A DNA stretch of 12,241 nucleotides from Promethearchaeota archaeon (GTDB lineage Archaea; Asgardarchaeota; Lokiarchaeia; Sigyniarchaeales; SOKP01): NCBI GenBank assembly GCA_019894975.1, contig JAGXNO010000073.1, positions 1-12,241 on the forward strand. Reading direction: 5' to 3'. Position numbers and translations under genes: made by a program. The notes under the pieces are model-generated. The model worked only from the letters and a program-made list of their open reading frames with translations, was not told the origin of the DNA and did not search any database. Positions 7,161-12,241 of the stretch are shown here, one piece after another. Position 1 is the stretch's first letter. Each line of letters opens with the position of its first letter.

Positions 7161-9083
7161 TTAAATCTTTAGATCATACTGGATTTTTTCATTTCTTAGA
7201 CGAAATTGGTTAATAGCGTCATAAAATGGATTTAATTTCATTTCAAATGCGAATTTTTCATTCCTTCTCTCAGGATCCTCTTCTAACTTTTCTTTAATAG
7301 GCAAAATCAAATATTCTTCAGTAAAAAATTTTTTAAATGTTTGCCTAAATTTTTTTTTATTTGGGTAAGGGTAATCCTTTCCACTAACAATCATAGGATA
7401 AGCTTTCATTAAGTTATCTTTAAAATTCCTCAGTGAGAAATCGATTAGAATTGATTCATAACCTTTAATGTTTAAATTTTTATCTTCTGACTCTATGAGT
7501 TCATTGGATTCATTTTTGGACTTTTTTAATTCAGTTAATAATAATTGTCTCTGACTTTCTATTAATGTAGCACCAAGAACATTTATCCACTTATCGTATA
7601 AATCAAGAATTACGTCAGGTTCAAAATTCTCAGTTACAAAATCAGGATAGAAAAAAGCTCCATGATCTCCAATTTTTCCTTTTTTCTCACTATATTTTTG
7701 TGGTCTTTCATAGTCTAGGAAAAAGAAATAAATTCGATCTTTTAATGGTCTGTTGATAGTCAGTGCTTGTATCGTTTTATCAATACCTCCTATGTTTTCA
7801 ACAGATATTGGAAATAATAACCATTTGTTATCAAAATAATATTTCATAAGTGTTTTCTCAGTTCCACCTTCCGTATATAAAACAAAGGGAGTAGAGGCAA
7901 ATAAGCCAAAATCAGCTAGAACCGATCCTCTAAACTCTATAGCCTCTGACTCATTATTCAAATAAAAATAAGGTTGCTCTTTTTCTTTATTTTTAGGCCA
8001 AATTATCAAATTAAATTCAAATAATTCCCATGTAATTCTCGTTAGGTTTCTCAATAAAGCTAAAATGTTTACTGAAATATTTAAATTTCCATAAAGTTTA
8101 CTTAGTTTATTTTTGCGAATCACATCTAATAAGTTTTCCAAGCTTTCAAGACCGTTTATTTTATTTTTCGAAGAATGAATAAAGTGGTGATATATCCGGC
8201 TATACATTTTCTTTAAAATATCCTGTTCTCCTTGCGTTAGAAAATTCCTCTTATCGTTTAATTTTTCATTAGTCCAGTTTTTAAATTTAGCAAGTACTTC
8301 TTCTCTTTCATTTTTATCAAATTGAGATTTAGTATTTAGTTGCGGATAAATATTTACGCCACTTGGTGTTATAAAATACTCCCCAAAAAGCATAAGTGAA
8401 TCCAATTTTATCCATACTTTAAGGAAATCAAAAAACAGCCAATGAGAACCAGTCAAATGCCGATAAAAATTATCAGAGACTTTTTTATATCTAATAGCCT
8501 GCTTTAAATCTTTTTTATTTTTTCTTATCTGCTGGCGTTTTTGCCTAAAAGTTCTTTCTTTAGAGTTTTTGACATTTTTATTGTACATTTCGAATCTTCT
8601 CTTAATTTTAGTCTCTCTCCATTTTTTCTCTTCATTTTCTATTCTCCTTAGCTGTTTTTTCCTCTTTTTTCCTTCAATATTAATATTGATATATTTTTTT
8701 TGCAAATAGTAATAAAACTTGCTTTCCTTGCTATAATATTTCTTAAAACTATCCCAATACAATATGAATTGAAAAAATTGAAAAGGATGGTAAAATTTAA
8801 TGAAGTCTTTCTCTTTTGGTTCATTTGGAAAAAAACTGAATCTTCCTCTTCTATCTAGTTCCTGTCCGTATTCCGAATCTGCTTTTGTAATATAAATTGG
8901 TTGAAACAAATTATTCTCTTCTAGAAAATCTAAAAGATGATAACATTCAGTAATTTCACCTTTATATTGCACATAACCAAGTTCCTCGGCCCAATTAAAT
9001 AATCCTTTTCTTGAAAGTAGATTCCGATGTAAAAATGGTGAGTAACTTTCCCATATATCAAAAACAGTTGTCGATTCTATCAT
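7161..9083 (-). CDS. Hypothetical protein with C-terminal TOPRIM-like (OLD-family-type) nuclease domain
   Basis: 640 aa. FVLYTEGGTEKTLM...ISVENIGG...FFFLDYE...TENF matches the TOPRIM pattern hhhhEGxxE...hhxxGG...hhhDxD/E. A basic coiled-coil-like stretch lies near aa 135-200. No Walker A motif was seen. Confidence 0.75.
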   Translation of the reverse strand: MIESTTVFDIWESYSPFLHRNLLSRKGLFNWAEELGYVQYKGEITECYHLLDFLEENNLFQPIYITKADSEYGQELDRRGRFSFFPNEPKEKDFIKFYHPFQFFQFILYWDSFKKYYSKESKFYYYLQKKYININIEGKKRKKQLRRIENEEKKWRETKIKRRFEMYNKNVKNSKERTFRQKRQQIRKNKKDLKQAIRYKKVSDNFYRHLTGSHWLFFDFLKVWIKLDSLMLFGEYFITPSGVNIYPQLNTKSQFDKNEREEVLAKFKNWTNEKLNDKRNFLTQGEQDILKKMYSRIYHHFIHSSKNKINGLESLENLLDVIRKNKLSKLYGNLNISVNILALLRNLTRITWELFEFNLIIWPKNKEKEQPYFYLNNESEAIEFRGSVLADFGLFASTPFVLYTEGGTEKTLMKYYFDNKWLLFPISVENIGGIDKTIQALTINRPLKDRIYFFFLDYERPQKYSEKKGKIGDHGAFFYPDFVTENFEPDVILDLYDKWINVLGATLIESQRQLLLTELKKSKNESNELIESEDKNLNIKGYESILIDFSLRNFKDNLMKAYPMIVSGKDYPYPNKKKFRQTFKKFFTEEYLILPIKEKLEEDPERRNEKFAFEMKLNPFYDAINQFRLRNEKIQYDLKI

Positions 9084-9207
9084 TATTATTAAGCTGATAC
9101 CATTTGTTTTACATTATATTCCAAAATTCCTTAAATTCAAACAATTAATTTGTTTAATAATAATTAAGATGTTTTATTAATTTTTTAATATGATATAATG
9201 ACCTACA

Positions 9208-9230
9208 GAAACCCAAATAAACCAAATAAA
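9208..9230 (-). terminator. Candidate T-rich archaeal terminator after leuS
   Basis: The minus strand reads TTTATTTGGTTTATTTGGGTTT immediately after the leuS TAA. Confidence 0.3.
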
Positions 9231-12026
9231 TTATCCTATTATTAAAGCTGGTTTTCCAGGTAGTGCTTGAATTGCTTTCTTTTCATTGGATTCTTTTTCA
9301 AATAATACCGTAACCTTACAATCGAATCTCTTCTCAACGATTGAGGCGATATCTTCAAAAAACTGATATTCTTCGCTGGCTGAAAGAATAACATTTGAGT
9401 ATTTTCCAATGTTTTTCAACACTTTTTTTATTGTTTGAACCACGAATTTACTATGTTTTTTATATTCATCGTGTTCCATGATTTCTTTCGTAATGATGCC
9501 TTGATTTGTGGTTTTTTCAATTAACGATAAGAGATCTGTGTAGAACTTAAATTTCCATTCGTCAGCTATGATAATTGTAATTTCGTTCAGTTTGTCAGTT
9601 TTAGTTGCTTGCTTAATGTTATGAATATCTTCTATTATGGTATTCAAGAGATTCCTTTTAAATTCGTTTTCCCTCGTTAAAATATTGTCGTTGTAGGATG
9701 GCCAGGGTGCTATAGTAACAAATCCTTCTTTTCCAAGTATCTCCCAAAGCTCTTCTGTGATATGCGGAGCAATTGGATGAAAAAGTAATATTAATTTTTC
9801 GATACACTCATTAAAAATATCGTTTTGTCCGCCGCCTTCTTTATATTTTCTGAGCTCTGAAGTAAATTGGATTATATGATTAATAACATCTCGTAAGGCA
9901 ACTTTATCGAAACTTTCGGAAACGGTTTTAATAGTTTTATGCAAGTTATAGAGAATTAACTGATCGCTTATAGAATGCTTTTCCCGGACAGGTTTAATTG
10001 GTTCTAATAGGAGGTAAAAAATATTCTTAATAAATTTATAAGCAAAACCAATCCCTTCGTCAGACCATTCCAAACCGGATTCGGGACTAGCTCCAAAAAG
10101 AATAAAAAATCTTGAGGCATCTGCTCCATATTTATTCATCAACCCAATTGGATCCACCGTATTACCTAGACTTTTGCTCATCTTAACGCTTTTTAATATA
10201 TATTTAGTTCCACATCTTTTACAAGTTTCGTTCTGCATTTCAGCTTTCATAGCAAAAGTTTCACAATTCGAACAGTAAGGGTGGGCTTTATTGACCATTC
10301 CTTGAGTTAATAATCGTTGAAATGGTTCATCAAATTTGTGCAGTCCAAGATCTCGAGCAACTCGGGTAAAGAAACGTGCGTACATTAAATGAAGAATGGC
10401 ATGTTCGATTCCTCCTGCATAGAAATCAACATTCATCCAATAATCTGCTATTTCTTTTTTGTACGGTAAATTTTTCTCATTCGGATCGCAATACCTGAAG
10501 AAATACCATGAACTATCTACGAATGTGTCCATAGTATCTGTTTCCCTTTTTGCTTGTTTCCCACATTTTGGACAAGGGACATTAACATAAGTCTCACTCG
10601 TTTTTAAAGGATTTCCTCTTCCCGTAAAGGTAACATCTTTTGGTAACTCCACAGGTAAATCATCGAAAGGAACGGGTACGATACCACAAGTATCACAATA
10701 GATAATTGGTATTGGGCACCCCCAATAGCGTTGTCGGGAAATTAGCCAATCTCTTAGTTTGTAGTTTACAGTTTCTTGTCCCACATCTATTGAAGAAAGT
10801 TTTTTAGATATAGCGTTTATCGCGGATCGGTTTTCCATACCATCAAACTCATTTGAGTTCACTAAAGTTCCATCACCTTCATAGGCTCGGATCATTTTTT
10901 CAGCATTTAATTCGTAATCAAATGGTTGAATAACAACTTTTATTGGGATATCGAATTTCTTGGCAAATTCAAAATCCCGTTGGTCGTGTCCAGGGACTGC
11001 CATAACGGCTCCCGCACCATATTCGTAAATGACAAAATTACCAATATATATAGGGATCTCCTCTTTAGTTAGAGGGTTAATCGCATGTTTTCCAATAAAT
11101 ATGCCTTTCTTCTCAACTTCTATGTCTGTTCTTTGAAATTTATTCTGTCTAATAGTTTCCGTATAAAGGTTCTGAAAATCAGATTCATATTTGGTCTTTT
11201 CTACCCATTTCTTAACCCAAGGATGCTCGGGGGCAAATACCATAAATGTGACTCCATACAATGTATCTGGTCGAGTAGTAAAAATATCAATGGTTCTTTT
11301 TTCCCCAACAATTGGAAATTTTATTATAGTTCCCTCTGATCTTCCAATCCAATTACGCTGCATCGTTTTCACTTTTTCTGGCCAATCAACCGTATCTAAA
11401 CCGTCCAAAAGTTCTTCGGCGTAATCTCGAATTTTTAAAAGCCACTGGGTTAAAAATCGTTGTTCTACTTCAGAACTGCAACGCCAACATTTACCGCTTT
11501 GAACTTGCTCGTTAGCTAGCACAGTTACGCATTTTGGGCACCAATTCACGTAACTTTCTTGTCTATAAGCCAAACCTTTCTCGTACATTTTTAAGAAAAA
11601 CCATTGATCCCACTTGTAATATTTAGGGTCATGAGAATAGACCATACGGGTCCAATCATATGAGAGTCCTATACGTTTTTGTTGTTCCTGAATTGATTTC
11701 ATATTAAGGTTTGTCCACTCTTCAGGATCCACTCCATGATCAATTGCCGCGTTTTCAGCAGGTAGTCCATAGCTATCGTAACCCATTGGGTATAAAACAT
11801 TAAACCCTTTCATCCTTTTAAATCTTGCAAACGAATCTCCTATTGAATAATTACGAAGGTGTCCAATATGCAAATCAGAGCTTGGATAAGGATACATCTC
11901 TAATACGTAATATTTTTCTTTTCCACCTTTGCTTAGATCTTCTTTGACTTCGAAAATCTTCTCTTTTTCCCAAATTTCTTGCCATTTTTTCTCGATTTTT
12001 TGAAAATCGTATTCAATATTAGTCAT
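9231..12026 (-). CDS. leuS: Leucyl-tRNA synthetase (bacterial-type catalytic core, archaeal-type C-terminal domain)
   Basis: 931 aa. [13 protein letters not shown] (HIGH at 11859-11870), [21 protein letters not shown] and [13 protein letters not shown] editing motifs, [41 protein letters not shown] (10170-10184), C-terminal [10 protein letters not shown]. Confidence 0.98.
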   Translation of the reverse strand: MTNIEYDFQKIEKKWQEIWEKEKIFEVKEDLSKGGKEKYYVLEMYPYPSSDLHIGHLRNYSIGDSFARFKRMKGFNVLYPMGYDSYGLPAENAAIDHGVDPEEWTNLNMKSIQEQQKRIGLSYDWTRMVYSHDPKYYKWDQWFFLKMYEKGLAYRQESYVNWCPKCVTVLANEQVQSGKCWRCSSEVEQRFLTQWLLKIRDYAEELLDGLDTVDWPEKVKTMQRNWIGRSEGTIIKFPIVGEKRTIDIFTTRPDTLYGVTFMVFAPEHPWVKKWVEKTKYESDFQNLYTETIRQNKFQRTDIEVEKKGIFIGKHAINPLTKEEIPIYIGNFVIYEYGAGAVMAVPGHDQRDFEFAKKFDIPIKVVIQPFDYELNAEKMIRAYEGDGTLVNSNEFDGMENRSAINAISKKLSSIDVGQETVNYKLRDWLISRQRYWGCPIPIIYCDTCGIVPVPFDDLPVELPKDVTFTGRGNPLKTSETYVNVPCPKCGKQAKRETDTMDTFVDSSWYFFRYCDPNEKNLPYKKEIADYWMNVDFYAGGIEHAILHLMYARFFTRVARDLGLHKFDEPFQRLLTQGMVNKAHPYCSNCETFAMKAEMQNETCKRCGTKYILKSVKMSKSLGNTVDPIGLMNKYGADASRFFILFGASPESGLEWSDEGIGFAYKFIKNIFYLLLEPIKPVREKHSISDQLILYNLHKTIKTVSESFDKVALRDVINHIIQFTSELRKYKEGGGQNDIFNECIEKLILLFHPIAPHITEELWEILGKEGFVTIAPWPSYNDNILTRENEFKRNLLNTIIEDIHNIKQATKTDKLNEITIIIADEWKFKFYTDLLSLIEKTTNQGIITKEIMEHDEYKKHSKFVVQTIKKVLKNIGKYSNVILSASEEYQFFEDIASIVEKRFDCKVTVLFEKESNEKKAIQALPGKPALIIG

Positions 12027-12241
12027 TTTGTGTCAAAATCGTTTTTTTAAAGTTGAATATTAAAATATAAACATGAATAATTTAAACAATAAATTTTTTT
12101 ATAAATAATTAGCATCTGTATTGCATGACTCTATCATTTTATTCCGTAAGCTTCTCATTAAAATGACAAAGCCAAGCAGATGTTAAAAATTTGAAATTAA
12201 AACATCTTAAATTATTTCTATAAAATAAAGATTATTAAGTC

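Larger units (their letters stand above)
7153..9308 (-). mobile_element. Putative ~2.16-kb insertion in the leuS 3' end (replacement leuS end + 640-aa gene)
   Basis: Bounded by the two imperfect direct copies of the leuS 3' end (offset 2156 bp). No integrase or transposase is visible. The boundary within leuS may lie further upstream than 9308. Confidence 0.6.

Noticed and set aside
7153-9230. IS element or integrase-encoding island
   Set aside because: No terminal inverted repeats, exact target-site duplication, or DDE/tyrosine/serine recombinase motifs were recognised.
11085-11424. Two short + strand ORFs (84 and 77 aa)
   Set aside because: Antisense to highly conserved leuS coding sequence.

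Overview
AT-rich archaeal-looking window; the gene families and style suggest an Asgard/Lokiarchaeia-like genome, which is inference only. It holds five real CDSs. (1) The 5' part of a secreted prenyltransferase/squalene-oxidase-repeat-like protein, missed by the ORF track (1-627, -). (2) A membrane-anchored Ig/PKD + BspA/DUF285 repeat surface protein with a 75-bp tandem array. (3) A 1257-aa multidomain protein: Zn ribbon, three helical repeats, two HTH-like repeats, then a whole intein-like HINT+LAGLIDADG module whose splicing residues are all lost but whose nuclease acids are kept. (4) A 640-aa protein with a C-terminal OLD-type TOPRIM-like domain and no ATPase. (5) leuS, with a bacterial-type core and an archaeal-type C-terminus. 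The key hidden feature is a diverged 78-bp copy of the leuS 3' end (7075-7152; 60/78 nt and 17/25 aa identical) lying between genes 3 and 4. It indicates that the TOPRIM gene entered the leuS 3' end while supplying a replacement end. A non-splicing intein-derived nuclease beside a housekeeping gene with a displaced 3' fragment recalls the yeast HO/WHO-FBA1 system, but a functional link here is unproven.
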